Source: Vicugna vicugna
Lineage: Eukaryota
Direction: 5' to 3'
NCBI GenBank assembly: GCA_013265495.1
Contig: MU057640.1
Coordinates: forward strand, 1,683,303 to 1,747,302
DNA length: 64,000 nucleotides
This document shows positions 63,664 to 64,000 of the stretch, in pieces. The translations under genes and the position numbers were made by a program. The notes beneath the pieces were generated by a model that was not told the DNA's origin, did no database searches, and was given only the letters and a program-made list of their open reading frames with translations. Position 1 is the first letter of the stretch. Every line of letters begins with the position of its first letter.

Positions 63664-64000
63664 TGTCTTAGTCAGCCCGGGCTGCTGTAACAAAATGCCA
63701 CAATCTGACACCTATTCCCCACAGTCCTGGAGGCCAGAAGTCCAAGATTGAGGTGCTGACTAGCTCTTGTCCTGGTGAGGGCCTTTTCCTGGCTTGTACA
63801 CGGCTGCCTTCCTGCTATGTCCTCACGTGGCAGAGAGAGTGAGCTCTGGTGTCTCTTCCTCTTCTTAGAAGGTCACCTGTTCTATTGTAGGGGCTCCACC
63901 CTCAGGACCTCAAATAAACCTAATCACCCCCCAAAGGCCTGTCCTCTGAACATCATTACATTGGAGGTTAGGGCTCCAACATAGGAATTGTGATGGGACA
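63664..64000 (-). mobile_element. MLT1A-like LTR, running to the window end
   Basis: TGtcttagtcagcccgggctgctgtaacaaaa...cacagtcctggaggccagaagtccaagat...acattggaggttagggctccaacatagg. Confidence 0.9.

Noticed and set aside
1..64000. CRISPR array, prokaryotic operon or defence system, intact provirus, non-retroviral viral insert
   Set aside because: No regularly spaced repeat-spacer array, no gene-dense ORFs, and no gag/pol/env or other viral-like peptides. The content is typical mammalian interspersed repeats.

Overview
Mammalian nuclear DNA, most likely camelid (alpaca/camel). The basis is four short tRNA-Ala-derived SINEs resembling the camelid vic-1 family, artiodactyl-type L1 3' ends, and no Alu, Bov-tA/Bov-A2, PRE-1 or CHR-2 copies that I could recognise. 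The window is repeat-rich intergenic or intronic sequence: L1 fragments of several ages, L2, MIR, L3/CR1, MaLR (MLT1) and ERVL (MER21, LTR16, LTR33) LTRs, two ERV1-like solo LTRs, and hAT MITEs (MER5, MER20). I found no host protein-coding exon. The recognisable ORFs are decayed L1 ORF1/ORF2 pieces plus one CR1 reverse-transcriptase remnant, and the rest look like chance ORFs. I cannot support a claim of a new biological system. The best leads are: (i) a ~2 kb ancient CR1/L3 fossil that is unexpectedly CpG-rich; (ii) an L1 in which ORF1 is joined directly to a 3' UTR, inside a multi-layer nest of elements; (iii) a SINE copy that keeps a near-complete tRNA-Ala(AGC) cloverleaf followed by a Pol III terminator; (iv) several motif-dense candidate enhancers and insulators. 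Repeat subfamily names come from recalled consensus similarity, not a search. Boundaries of old elements are approximate.
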